Assembly: GCA_964188305.1 (NCBI GenBank)
Contig: OZ076885.1
Source of the DNA: Podarcis bocagei
Taxonomy: Eukaryota
Length of the DNA: 64,000 nucleotides
Direction: 5' to 3' (one strand)
Below, piece by piece: positions 26,890-41,100 of the stretch. The position numbers and the translations under genes were made by a program. The notes under the pieces are model-generated. The model made no database searches, was not told the origin of the DNA, and saw only the letters and a list, made by a program, of their open reading frames with translations. Positions within the stretch are counted from its first letter, which is position 1, and every line of letters begins with the position of its first letter.

Positions 26890-27090
26890 GGGCAGCATTT
26901 TGGGGTAGTGTATAGAATGTTGTACTTGGACCAGGGACATCTGAGTTTGAACCCCAACTGAGCCATAAGTGACTGACCAGGTGTCTTTTGGTCAGTCAAT
27001 CCATTGCAGGCAAACCTATATTTTAGGGTTGTTGTGAGGATAAAATACAAAAAAACCTCACATATCCTGACTCCCTTGGAAGAAAATAAT
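26890..27090 (+). mobile_element. Degenerate tRNA/CORE (MIR-like) SINE
   Basis: B-box-like gagtttgaacccc and CORE-like agggttgttgtgaggataaaa. Confidence 0.55.
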
Positions 27091-28545
27091 ATTACTATAT
27101 TTCTGCTTGTGATCTCTCACGAACAACTGCAAATAAGTGCAAGGAAGCAGCTGGTGGACTGGTCCTTATGTGGACTGGTCATTTATCTAGGAAAAAGTTA
27201 CTTTTTAACACAGAGAACCTCTGTAAGGAAGAACAAAAATGGCATGTTCTACTAACAACAAAAGTTGTTTTTTTTGGGGGGAATGCTTCATTGTACAGTG
27301 GAAAAATGTGAAATATTTCTGTAGCTTAGCTTTTCAAGATGCTCTCAGGATTCATTAAAAGAGGAAGGGGGAGGCAGCAAGGTAGTTATTAACTTTTCCT
27401 CAGGTATGTTTGTGTATTTCTGTTGGGACAATACTGCTCTGTGTACTGCTCTGTGCCAGGCACACAGCAGTGTGGCAGGCCACAGTAGAACAGCCCCAGG
27501 CACTTCACATCCTATCTCCTATGCAGTATCCTGGACTCAGTGCACATGCGTGTCTCTTGCTAGGCACAGGAATAAGCACTATACACAGTGGAGCTTGTGC
27601 TACTAGGGAAGTCAGGCCCCAGGAAAACAAGAAAGGTGGGGGGAGGTAGTAGCTGAATTGGCTCACCAGAAGGAGAGGAGCCACTAACGTTGGCTTCCCG
27701 ACCAGGAGGACTTGAGATGGCAGAAAGGTTGATGTGGTGCAAACAGACCTGCAGAACTGATCTAGTGCCATGCCAACATCCTTGCTGCCTTGCACCTCTC
27801 CATATACCTCCCTAAGTAACAGCATTCCACCTGCCAGGAAGCTAGCATAGCAGCTCCACTCCACCTGGTGAGCTGCTCCTGGATACAAAACTGGGCTGGG
27901 CTTCTTCTTCTTCCCCAGTCTCTGCCCTCACATAATAGTCTTCTGGCAGTTGAGGTAGCATTCAGCATTAGCCTGCTGTTGAATAGCAGTCGAGAAGGAT
28001 GGATAAGTCTGCCCCAGCTTCACCCCATGCTGTGCACCTCTGGAGTCTCCTCTGTATGTGGAGAGGAAGAGTGTGTCCCAAACACCCAGCAAATCATTTA
28101 TCTCCTGATTCTTTCCTGTCTGACTTCCTTCCTGGCTTCTTTCCCTCTTGTTGCTGTTCCCCATATTTATGTCCACCAATGATCTCATAACTAAAATATT
28201 CGGCTTTTTAAACTGCTTTGATCAGACCCTATAGCAGCACACACTTAGCTTGAATCTCATTAATAAGCTCATCACTTTTCATATGCTCAAATGCTAGTGC
28301 AATTTGCAGTGTAAGTATAAAAGTTGTTTAAAACTCGGCTCTGAATATTTATAGGAGGATTGGTGCAGAGCTTTCTCTTCTTTAGGTGTGCTGTTATAGG
28401 AGATCATTTGGGAAATCTAGTCAGATTCCGTTAGGTCTCTCTGAAGTGGTTTTGCAATGAACAATGAGCTCTTCAGAGGAATAAAAGAGTTGCAACTACA
28501 TACCAGCAGAGAATTTTCAAGACAGTTGAGTTCTGTTTCCTGTAG

Positions 28546-28665
<120 letters not shown>

Positions 28666-28805
28666 TAGTTTCATCACATGAAAGACTGGCATTTGAATGG
28701 AATAAAACTTTATTTTGTAGCCCACAGCCTGTGAATAGGTGGTTTCCATTTGTTTAGATGTATATATACAATGTCTTCGTTTTGCCCATCATTGCTTTGG
28801 CATAA

Positions 28806-28874
<69 letters not shown>
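28806..28874. repeat. (AAT)n microsatellite
   Basis: Direct reading. Confidence 0.97.
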
Positions 28875-28876
<2 letters not shown>

Positions 28877-30263
28877 CGACAGGAAGTGTCAAGCCCCAAA
28901 CAGATGCACCCCACACTGCAACATTTTGTTGCAAGGCCCCACTTGTTTCATATAAATGACTATCTTTGCATTGGCTCAGCAGGCAAGGACATTGTGAAGC
29001 TGCATACAGCTTGTTATGGTGACTTTCTGATCTAGAAATCAGTATTGTGTGTGACAACCCTCTCTGTAATTGGCTTTTCTATTCTGCATTCTGTATTTTA
29101 AGCTATGTTGTTGACCTGGGTTTGATACCATACATCAGGTTTCCTGCCTTGTTATGACCCTTGGTTTAAAACCAAGACTGATCCAATAGCTGTGATATTA
29201 TAATAGCATGTCAAAATGAGATTTTATGCTCTCTTAGCAATTGCTTTACAGCTTCAAAGCAAGAGCTGAATGTAGTAAAAGCATGTTTTCTGCTAGCTGT
29301 GACACACACTAAATAAGTTTTGAAGGCCAGCCCGTTGGTTATGTAACACATGCTAAACTAAGACAATTAAAGTTAACTTGCTTCAGTGTCAAAACGGATG
29401 AAGTACTGATGCCCTTTTCTCTGAGGTGAAATGTCCTTGGCAGACAAAGAGAACTAACCTTGTACTGGAGGACAGTAGATTAGGCACTGCTAACTTTACC
29501 CTTAAGCAATTGTTTTAAGTGTATTGAAATCAAACACATAGAAAACAAGCTTTTTATTTGTGTATGCAGCCCCTTCACTCCTCTCTTCATGTTATGCAGC
29601 TATGAAACTGGAAAGTCTTTTCATGTGTTGTCTTAACTGAGATACTGTGCTTACCCACTTTGGAAGAAGTAGGTTCTTAAACAAACTTGAAACTTGTGAC
29701 TGTAATTTCCTGGTTTGGAGAAATGGGAAACTTTGGCTAATTAGAAACTTTTTGGATTAATCATGGCCAACAGAAAGGGAGTTGTGAAAGGGCAGAATGT
29801 GCAGGGAAAAGGTTTGTGCATATCTCCATTTAGAAACCTGATATGTGATCATCTGAGCCAAGCCAGTGATTAGTGAGAAAATTTTATGTACATTTTTCAG
29901 TCGTAGGACATGTATAAATATATAAAACAGATAATTCGAAGCCATTTTTTTATTTCCAAAAGCATGTTTATATTTTAAATTGATGTTACCCATTTTCAGA
30001 TTTGTCTTAAATGAATATTTAAAGAACCCCTTCTGTATTTAAATCCAGCATATAACCTTATGCACTACACTTGTTTACTAAATGGAAATGTGTTTATGTG
30101 GTGTCATGAAGCATTTGCTATCAGTATTTTATAAGCAACGTTTTCTCAATTTATAGCTGGAAAGAAAACCAATAATGCAATTACTTAGCCACAATGTCAT
30201 CATTCCTAAATGATCAAAGTGAGGACACATCAGCATGAATTGTTAAGGGCTGTACATTATTAA

Positions 30264-30473
<210 letters not shown>

Positions 30474-33400
30474 TAAGTAGCTTGTAACATTTATATAAAA
30501 TGAAAATATCCATCCTAAAGAAGGTAACTTTGTATTTAATCTTCCCTTTTAAAAATAAAATAAAATAAGGGTTGTTACTTGGTTTGGCTACATACTAGCT
30601 GAAATTATTCATTGCTTAGGTTGTCTTTCTTGACTCCTTTTTAACAGGATTGGTTAATCTTTTCGGTACAATTAAACCTCAACTCTAGACACTCTTTCAA
30701 ATAGGTGTGCTTAGGATCAAAGCTTTAGAATGTACATGTCTAGGCAGCATGAAGGGTCAGGCTATTATTGACAATATCTTTTTAATGAAAAATAAGATTT
30801 CATGAAAATGTGGTCCATTCTTTCTGCCAGTGTTGGTGTAGACTTGACAGCACTGGGAACCATTTGCCATTGCTGCCACTGCTCAAGGCATTTGCTTACA
30901 CTGTCTGCCCATTGTACTGCACAATTTTATATACGGTGTCTAGTGTATTTAGACATTGCTAAAAAAATTAAATTTTTATTTTTAATGACTTTCTATATTT
31001 GAAGAGTACAACATATTGTGTAATCGAAGAATACAGTAAGAGAAACAAATTATTCCAGATACACTAGTAAATGTTTTTACTTCTCCAGTTCTTGTAATTA
31101 TTCATATGTTTTAATAGAGTAATTCAAAATAATCTAAAACCTCCATTTGATTGTGGGAGTGATGAATTTATTCTGTTATATTTATTTGTTTGTGCATAAG
31201 AGAAAATGCTCAGATTAAGCAAACAAAAGCTGAAATGTTGTATATGTATGTATGTATGTATTATTATTATTATTACTATTATTATTATTTTAAAAAACCA
31301 TTAAGAAAAAAAACAACCACATGGCATGTGGATCCAGGTTTTAAAGTATTTTTCCTTTAATGAAATCTTTCAACTAAGCAAACGAAACGTGAGATTGTGG
31401 CAGAGGATTGTATCCAATCCTGCTGTTCCACTCTTGTAACATAGCTTTGCTTGCTCAACTGAACTCGCTTCTCTCATCTCTCCTGCAGCGCTTGCCCACG
31501 CTCAAGATCTGTCCCAGAGGGTTGAGGGGGCTCCCCCTGGAGCATATTTTGGGGGTGCGCAGGTTGAGAAAATGAAAGGAAAGTCCTAGTGTTTCAGGGA
31601 ACTCAGCTTATGCAGTGCTAAATACAACCCAGAGCCCCTTTGATGTGGAGAGAAAGACTTTCTTATCAGCTCTTCTTGGCTAAAAGTGCTACTTCGGGCT
31701 AAACATGAGATGCCTCTCCCTCTGTAACCAAACTGCTCCCAGCAGTGTTAACTAGCAACAACATCTCTGTTCCAGACAAGTGCAAACAGAAGGAAGAACA
31801 TGCATCTTACTTTAAGCTGATGCAGTAGGGGGTGTACCACTCCCCCACCCATTGTTCCTTCAACTCCTTCAGTGTAGCTTTTCTGCATACCATAATATAG
31901 ATTGAACAGCTTTATTGCTTTTCTTTCTTTTAATTTGTGGCACAAACCGTGTTCTACAAACTTTTTAATGCTGAGGCAGTACCAGTTTTATGGCCATACT
32001 TTACAGTATTAATGTTGCCACTGAAGAAGTCACATTTGCACAGTATAGCACAGCTGAATGCATTATAAATTGGGCTGGGGTAACTGAAATACCTGATTGG
32101 CCAATAAGAATTCCATGCTGTTTCTGCAATTTGCACAATTCACAGGCCTTGTAAAAACACAGAGCAGTGAATTGTGCTGATTGTAGTCACAGCTCAGGAC
32201 TCCTGACATTATACTTTAATTAACATATAAATATTTTAAATTAGCATTTTATAATCACAATAGTATTATAACAATGCAACATTATATTGCACTTCATCCA
32301 GATGACAGTTAAAAAACCCACAAACATACTGCCTAAGTATTAATAGAATCCACTTCACACCCCTTTTATTGCTGCAAATGGTATTCAAGAGATATATAAG
32401 ATATGTGTTTAATTTTCATCCATTTTTCATAAGCAACACACCCTACTATTGTTAGATGGACTTTTGAGCCATGATGTCTAAGTGAATGCTTAATGTTGCC
32501 ATTGCTACATGATATTCCCTGTAGCTGAATGAGTCTGCATTCACCTTCTAGCAACCAAAGCAATGACAAAAGTACAGATGGCATGACTTATCTTAACAAG
32601 TGCTTATCTGTTAGAATTGGCTTGATCTTGAGCTACCTAGGAAACCCAGGCCTTAAGATTTGATCCATTTGTTCAGATTTGTTGAATTTTTCATGTGATG
32701 TGTTTGTATAATAGAATAATGCTGCTATGATGCTTTTAATGGAATGTATCTGTAATTTGCTTGCCATTTCTCTTTTAGCATAGGCCAGTAAAACAACAAG
32801 CAATTATGTTTTTATTGAGCTCCTCGTGGGCTGTGTTTGGCTTAGTTTCGTAGACCACAAGTTCTACCACAAGGCGCATAGTAGCATTTTATGTGGCCAA
32901 TATTTTTATCACTATATCTTACCCCAAGCAGCTATGCTGCTAAACAGGACTGAAGCAAAAAAAATTTCCAGTTTCTCTGGAACAATTTCAACAGTGTTGA
33001 AATAACACTAATTTTTCTTTAATGCCTATGAAATATTTTCAAATTCTTTATCCTCAGTTAGGTTTGCTTGCCATCAAGTGATACAACCATGTAGCCAAAG
33101 CTGATTGGCCAAATATCCATACACTGTATGATCCTTGATTGCCCAGAATTATCTCTGTGACTTATTCAGGAATAAGTGCTGTCACATTTTGAATAGACTT
33201 TATTTAACCTCAGTGACATAATCATGTAGCCCTCGGGTCACAAGTCATTTTGGACCAGGGAACACATTTTGATTTTTCAGAGTGCTGGGAATACCAGTCA
33301 CAAAATGGCTACCACAGGAGTGTGGCAGAACGCAAAATTAAAGAGGCCTGAAAAATAGAACAGAAGTAGGAAAAGTACATTGCCACTACCATGTATTGGG

Positions 33401-33853
33401 GTCACTGGCAGCAACTGGCACCCAGGGCCCCATATTATTTGTGTGGGTGCTCTGCACTCACACTGTAAGGCCTCTGATGCTACTTCCAGTGCTTTGTGAG
33501 GCCCAAAAGTTGCATTGGAGGCCTTGCACGGACTTGGAGGTTGCATCTGAGGCCTCTGACGCAACTTCCAGGAGGAACCGGAAGTCATGTCCGAGACCTC
33601 TCAGGGCCTTGAAATTCGTGTCTGAGGCCTTGCAGAGCCTCAGAGATCACATCTGAGGCTTTGCAAGGCCTCTGACGCATTGTGTAATTTAGGCACATCA
33701 CCAGGAATGGCTCTGCTTGTGTGTCCAAACCGCCCTGACCTCAATGCTTCCTTGCCCTGGCCCTTCACTGTCCTAGTATGTAACAATGCTGTTGCTGCTC
33801 GAAGGCCAGAACAATGGTAAGCCCCTTCCTGCTTTTACTCCTCTTAGCTTATA

Positions 33854-34859
33854 CAGTGGTATCTTGGTTCTCAAACTTAATCCGTTCTGGAAGTTTGTTC
33901 GACTCCCGAAATCATTCATTTTTTTTAAAAATAAAATATTTTATTAAGTTTTCAAATACAAAGTAAGAAATATACACACAAAATCCCTTCACCAAAGAAA
34001 TAACAAACAAGAAAACCAAGACGAGTACACCAACAAACAATATAGAAAAGAAGAAATAGAAAAGAAATAAAAGAACCCAACCATTCAAAACATTTTTTTA
34101 TATAACTAACTGGACTTCCTCACATCTCCCTTACCGTGCGTTCTTTATAATAAAAGTATCAGCAAATTATTACCTTGTTTCATACCTTATTTTATACTTT
34201 TCAAATGTTATACTTCTAAATTTAAAGTAGTTTTTATCAATTACTTGTACCTTAAATTAAACATAATATTACTTTAAATTTCGACCTTTTCTTACTTATA
34301 ACTTAATTTTCTGTTTCACAAAGTTTAATTGCTGGAGCCGAAGCTTTCTGGATCATGCAAGTTCTTAACATTCATACAACTTATATTGTTTTTGTAAATA
34401 GTCCTTAAATTTTTTCCAGTCCTCTTCCATTGTTTCTTCTCCCAAATCTCGGATTCTGCCGGTCATTTCAGCCAGTTCCATATAGTCCATCAGTTGCTTC
34501 TGCCATTCTTCCAGTGTGGGCAAATCTTGTGTCTTCCAGTGCTTTGCAATAAGTATTCTTGCTGCTGTAGTCGCATACATAAAAAAAGTTCTGTCCTTTT
34601 TTAACACTCTCTGGCCGACAATGCCCAAGAGGAAGGCCTCTGGTTTCTTGACAAAGGTTTCTTTGACTCCCGAAATCATTCAAAAACCAAGGCACAGCTT
34701 CTGATTGGCTGCAGGAGCTTCCTGCACTCAAGTGGAAGCCGTGTCAGATGTTCGGCTTCCGAAAAACATTCAAAAACCAGAACATTTACTTCCGGGTTTT
34801 TGGTGTTCGGGAGCCGATTTGTTCGTCAACCATGCCATTCAAGAACCAAGGTACCACTG
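33854..34859. mobile_element. Tigger-like MITE (about 242 bp originally) interrupted by an L1/Tx1 insertion
   Basis: TA|cagtggtatcttggttct ... agaaccaaggtaccactg|TA; shares the tgattggctgcaggagctt core with 20928-21177. Confidence 0.88.
33919..34664 (-). mobile_element. 5'-truncated L1/Tx1-clade LINE with 18-bp TSD
   Basis: ORF2 end KKPEAFLLG...FMYATTAARILIAKHWK...EEW, 3' UTR and A-rich tail; TSD gactcccgaaatcattca at 33901-33918 and 34665-34682. Confidence 0.92.
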
Positions 34860-36988
34860 TATATCATGTCTGCTGCGTTTTTGAGGATATTCTGGGTTAA
34901 AAATCCATCAAATAAATATATGAGACTTGTGAGAACTGTCATTTGAAAATAAATTGCCAAAATGTTTACTTATGGCATTTCATAGCAGAGTGAAATAAAC
35001 CTGATGGTAGTGATTCTACATTTTGATTTTGAGTGGCAGGCATCCATTAAGGATAGGTGACAGCATTTTCTAAATCTACAGCAGACTTAAAATTAAAGAA
35101 AAAATGCATGCTCCCTACATTTGGTGAATCTAACCACATGCTTCTGTTCATTTTTTTGTCATGTTACACTTAATGGTAATGTGTGCAAGTTCTAAATTAG
35201 TGATGGTGAGTATTTTTTTAGAGATCACCTAGTATAATTTCTTTTTCATAATTGTCAGGAGCTAGGGCATTGGGCAGGTATTCTAGGGCCTGGTTGTTTG
35301 TGAGAATGCTCATATTAATTTTTGAAGCCCAGTGGGGAAGGAGACTGGCAGGAAGGAGCCTAAGTTAACCATTCACAGCCAGGAAAAGGAATTTGCCACT
35401 GATTATTTTCTTTTTCCACTCATCAAATTGGAAGAGCCATAGTTTTAAGCAAACTCTAATCCATTTCTAAGCAAGGATATCTTCAAAACACTGGTTATGA
35501 ATCTAGTTTAACTAGCATTCAGAGGCAGCCTACCATTCCACAATGGATCGTTCCCTGCTGTTCGTAACAGGAAGCAGTCTTTCCCCAAATTTCTTTTAAA
35601 TCCACAAGGAACATCTTCTGACACCCTTTCTTTCCTCTTTAAGCAAGAGTTGCAGAATTGGCACCTCTTTTGTTTTGAGGATTTGTTCTGATAGTTCTCC
35701 CACTGTATATTCTGGAACTGGCTTGGGGAAGTTTTCTTACAGTTGCTCCAGAGACAAATCTTCTCCCGCTGCTCTTATTTTTGAACCAATATGATCTTTC
35801 CCTTCCTGCTCTTCTGCCTCTGGCCAATACTTTGCTCTTTTTATGGATATTGTGCACTGCAACCAAGAAGCTGCAATGAGGAATTTCCTAGCCTGGATCA
35901 GAAGCCAAAAGCTAATGGTTTATTGGCCTAACAATTTGCTGGGGTTTATTATCTTGGATTGTAAGTAGTGATTAAATCATCATTTCTTGGTTCTGATATC
36001 ATGGGAAACTGTGGTTTAACAAGCCAGGATAGATGCATCAAAGCCAAGTATATGAGAGAAGGAGGGGAGGGGTGAGGAAGAAATGTGTAGGTACAGAAGG
36101 AAGTTTAAAAGGTTCACTTTGGTATAAATACTTTTTGCTATTGCCTGAAATAATTTAGGAAGGAAATCCCAGTAAGCCCTGGGTGGGGTTGGGGTGGTGA
36201 GGGTGTTCCACTAATGAGGCCTTGAGAGAAATGCTTCAACCACTGATCTCAGAGCTCAATAGAGGGATGATAAGCAAAGTGTTCCTAGGCTAGGTAGCCA
36301 AACATTCTTTTCTAGTAGTCAGCAATCACACCACAATACTGCCTACGAATGAGCATGAGATCATTTCTAGACTAATTGGACCTTACAATCAGTGCTGCCA
36401 ACATAGCATGCACAATGTGTTTAAGTCTTGTTCAGTGCAATTCTGTGCATGTCTAATCAGAAGCAAGTCTCACTGAGTTCGGTGGACTTACTTGCAGGAA
36501 ACTGTCTATAGGACTACAGGCTTGGCTGAACAACAGCATAAAAATATAGATCATATGTCTTAAGAGACTAGCTGAGCTGATCAGTTAAAATCCGAGAAGC
36601 AGAGTTTTTGGTGCAAAGTTTTGCCATTTCTGACAAAGAGTCATCTTGTTTGGGAGCTTAAACTAGCTGTCTTAAACCTCTGGTGTTTCAAAATCATTTG
36701 GATTTTGTTTGTTTCAGAAAACAAAAATGTTATATAGAATTTGAATGTTTATATAGAGAAAAAACAACAATGTACATTCGTTTTATAAGCAACAATGGAG
36801 ATATAATAACCTGGCTTAAACTCCTATCCAAAAGAATGTATTGCAAATGTGAAGAACAGCTTGCCTATACTATCTAGACTAGATTTGCAGCCACCTCTCA
36901 AATCCTCACGGGGCTTCTATCTTTTAAACATATATGTGTACTAATCAGAATATAAAGCAGCCTTCCTTTTTTGCTTCCTGCAAAACAG

Positions 36989-37101
36989 ATTATGTGGTGA
37001 TCCACCTTTTATGGCAGGCTCTGAAGAAAAGCTTTTTGAACTTATAAAGAAAGGAGACCTTCATTTTAAACATTCAATCTGGGATACAGTCAGTAAGGCT
37101 G
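36989..37101 (+). CDS. STK33: STK33 coding exon 9 (LCGDPPFMAGSEEKLFELIKKGDLHFKHSIWDTVSKA)
   Basis: GxPPF motif; aaacag| acceptor, CTG|gtaagt donor, 113 nt. Confidence 0.97.
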
Positions 37102-37380
37102 GTAAGTAGGCAACTGTACGATAAAAACAAACAACAACATCCCCAGCATGAAATTCAACAAATTGTTGCAATATTTTGACCTTTTTATTACCATTAAGTA
37201 CTGTGTTTTCTCATAAATGTAAAATTGATGCTAAAGAAAATTCACAGAACTGTTGCCATGAATTAGCTTCACAGCATTAGAGGTAAAATACTCTGCTGGA
37301 TTAAAGCACTCAGAGACAACTGGGAGATGTGTTTGTTAGCAGCTAACAGAAATGAGGTTTACGAGTCTTTCTCTTTATAG

Positions 37381-37466
37381 CCAAAGCTGTGTTAGAGCTG
37401 CTTCTGAGAGTAGACCCTGCCCACAGAATGACTGCTAATGAATTGCTTCACATCCAGTGGATAACA
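37381..37466 (+). CDS. STK33: STK33 coding exon 10 (AKAVLELLLRVDPAHRMTANELLHIQWIT)
   Basis: Subdomain XI VDPAHR; tttatag| acceptor, ACA|gtaagt donor, 86 nt. Confidence 0.97.
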
Positions 37467-38024
37467 GTAAGTTGCTGCTGTTGTTTTTTTTTAAAAAAAA
37501 ATCCTAAATATTTGCCTTATTTTTCTTTTTATTTGTGAAAATGCTTCTCCCCCACCTCCCTCAGATAATAGCCATATCCCACTTTTTCTGAAGGTTCTAC
37601 TGCGTTACAAGTAAGATGGTAAGACATTCGTCATTTGCCTTATATGCATCTAAATTGTACTTACAGCATTTGGTGTATCTGCCAGTATATAAACAATGAC
37701 ACAAGTCACTGTGAGGGCTTACTGGGCTTTTATAGACTGTAAACAGGAACAAAAATCCGGGCCACAAATTACTACATTTCTCCTTCTACTCCCTCCAGAT
37801 TCTGCCAACTCTTCATGACCATTCTTGGTGTAGTTCCAATTGTCAGAATTCTGATCCAGACACTGAGTTGCATATTCCATCTGTGTACATGCATACTTCA
37901 TTTTATTGTGCTTCACTTTAATACGCCTTGCAGAGAATGGTCCTTTTCTGGCCACGGGAGTGGAGTTGGCTAGGGCTAGAACTAGGTTTTCCCCCCTTCT
38001 GTCCCTGCAGCCAGGGAAGCCTGG

Positions 38025-38169
38025 CTTAATAGACTACAGTATAGTGTAAACATATCTTTTCTATGTATGCACTGGGAAACAAAAAGAAAAAGAGAGACTT
38101 GCTTTATTATGATATTCGCTTTATTGCAGTGGTCTGGAACCAAACCCGCAATATCTCCGAGGTATGTGT
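38025..38169. mobile_element. Tigger1-like terminal fragment
   Basis: Reverse complement reads catacctcggagatattgcgggtttggttccagaccactgcaataaagcgaatatc...tttcccagtgcata...tgtttacactatactgtagtctattaag, matching my recollection of the Tigger1 terminus. Confidence 0.8.
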
Positions 38170-41100
38170 ATATATTTTTGTTAAGCAAAAGCATAAGCAG
38201 AATCAAGGGCACTATCCACAGGGAACTTCTCTTGCAAACTTCATTTAAATGGAGTGCATGGATGGTTGTTCCCCAAAGCAATTGTATCCACATTTAAGCA
38301 AGCAGTATAGGTAAACTACAGTATGAACACCCTACAAAACAAATATTATTTTCCCAGTATATCTGAAGTTTTGGTGATTACAGAGGTTCGCTGATAATAA
38401 TGGAAGCAATTATTTAAACAACAATAATATAGAAATGAATAAGATGTTATGCGCTTTTGATTACTTTTCCAGACTTTACACATTTCTATTTGTTCCAGTC
38501 CATTTCTAGCAAAGGTTTCATCCTAAGGCTCCCCTCCCCCATGAAGAACAAGATCAGCTTTGCTAGTGAGATGTTTAATAATGGAATGTCGGTTACTGTC
38601 TTACGTAGGGCAGCCTAGTGTTACCAGAACTTAACAGTTCTCTGCTTTCCTGTGGCAGGGCCACCTTGTGCAGACTGGGCAGAATCTTCAGGAGGTGGGG
38701 TCCATGTATGGGGCTAACTAGGTCTTGCAGAAATTCCTGGGAGCTTCTACACTATCACAAGGCTTATGGGGAAGATGCAGGGCTTATCTTAGTCTCAAAA
38801 GGAGGCCCTGACTTTGGGAATCAGTCTGTTCTTGTCCATGGCTTCACCATGCACCCTCCCTCCCTCGGAGTGAAGACATTTGCTGGGAACTTGTTTGGTT
38901 TCCCAGAAGGAATTTTGCTCATATCTTCATCGGCCCATAATGTGAGGTTTTCACCTTCATCTCAGCAAGAGCTGTTTATATTGTTAGGTGTTCATTTTTT
39001 GTTTTCTCTGTCACAACTTGAGCAGGATAAGGCATTGGGCAAGACCATTAATATAGTGGGGACTTGGAGGTGGTGTTTTAGCCCTCAGCCCTGGCTTGAG
39101 CAGGGCAGGCTTTTCACTGTTTGTCCCAAGTTGCCAGCTAGAACTCAGGTGCTTGTCCCGTAGCACGCTGAGGACTGTTATGCTGGCAACCCACAGGAGG
39201 TGGCCCGAGCAGATGGGCTAGGGGCACCGCCTTCGTATAAAAGGTGAGATCTCTGCTATTCATTCCTTGCCCTGTGCCTAGCCTACTGCACATACTTGCT
39301 GTATCAATAAGGTTGCAATATATTTTCCCCCCTATCTGGATTGTCCATATCCAGTTGTCCTTTCTTCTACCTTTGGGGGTTAGGCACTTCATGCATGGTA
39401 CACAGCTTTAGGGTTTGCAATCACTTAAGCTTTCAGAGCATTTGACAGAGGGATAGCTGTTGAAATGACAAGCATTTGGGCAGAATTATCACAGAATTCT
39501 AATAGCTGCTATTTTATGTAAAGTGTTAATTCAAAAATCTGTGGTTGGTTATCCTTTGGAGCAGAGATAGCAATGGTTAAAAGCTTCTATCGGCGTTGTT
39601 TTTTCTCCATACACTGCTGCAAACAAACTGAAATTATGTTGCATCTATTTCTGGATTATTTTTGCATAATTGCTATAGTTCTTTTCTCGTACTCTTTACC
39701 CAAATAAACAGCTGTTTATTTATCAATAGGATTGGTTGTTAGATTCCCCCCCCTTGTGCCCACAGATGGACAGAAGGTCTTGTTTGTTAGATGTTTATAA
39801 TTAAATTACTCCCACCCACATCAGTCCCCAAATTTATGTAAGAACTCATGTTATGTTAATGCACAAAAGTGTTTAGAGATACTAGGGTAAATGTGCATTT
39901 CACGAGTGCTTCAAATATTTCATATTCGTATTTGCTTCTGCGTAATCTGAGTTTCACTCTTCCTAATGCATAGTCTTCTGGTTTATAAAACTAAGCACAC
40001 TGCTTCTCAGTTCAGCAAGTTGGTCCATACTGCACATGATGGAACGTTTTGTCACTAGTGAGTGTTTCTTCAATTCATGAATAAGTTCAGCACTTACATT
40101 TTCAACTACTGAGGCTGCTTCTCCTTCCTCTTGCCCTCCACTTGCCCTTTTTGATCACACAAGTGTGTTCTCCAGTGTGTGGCCTATCCCTCACAAAATA
40201 ATAATAAAAATCAGTTGCCAGTTAACTGACCATTCTGTGTGAATATTCATTTATTTTTCATCACACACAAATACCATAAAAGGTTCTTAAACTATGCCTT
40301 ACTTTTGGAACATTTTCTCCAACAAACCTTTATTTTTGTCCGGAAGCTGTGGTGTGGGAGTACTGCCATTCAGAACAGAGTCTAGCAGAGATCACAGAAT
40401 GGAAAATGTGTTTCTGACATACGTTGGGTGCCATATGATGGAGGGGCACACTGTTCCCTTCTATGCCTTGAATCTCACTGACATGCACTCCCTTAAAATA
40501 TGAACATAAAAAGCTTGAAGGAAAGACAAAAGAAAATGAAACAATCTAAAAGGCAACCAATTAGTAATCCTCCACTTTCCCCACAATCAGCACCAGATGC
40601 TAGCCAATTAAACTCAACAGGTGCTCAAATGAGGCAATACAGACAATTAACTTAAGTGGTTCCACTTTCTTAAAAACTGTCAGAACACAACCACCCCATT
40701 TCATGTGCTATTTAAGTATTTGTAGCTCTTTAAAACATAGTGCTTTTTTTCCTGAGGCCACAACTCAGCCTCTTATTTTGTAGGTGCGATTTGGTGCACT
40801 TAGAAATTTAATTACCTGAATGTGCTTGCAAATAAGGTAGTTATTTGGATGTCTGCAACATCAATTTGTCTACAGTTAATTACAGATGTAAATTTGCACC
40901 TGCAAAATTGGAGTCCACATCTGAAAATCATTCTATAAATTTAGAAGGACTGGGAATACATTATCCTGATTCATGTAGAACTAATTCTCTCTGTGCATGG
41001 CTATCTTATCCCAACCTCCACCACTCAGAAACAACACACACATACATACCTTGTGCCAAAACCATAGGAAGGCAAAGACTGAAATATACTGTTAATAAAG

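Noticed and set aside
27400-28190. Cluster of overlapping ORFs in GC-richer intron sequence
   Set aside because: No domain or exon signature; probably old repeat debris that I cannot classify.
33400-33690. Repeated gaggcctctga / gaggccttg motifs
   Set aside because: Degenerate and most consistent with subterminal repeats of a decayed DNA transposon; ends not definable.
38618-39163. 181-aa intronic ORF
   Set aside because: Non-ATG start, no recognisable homology, no supported splice boundaries.
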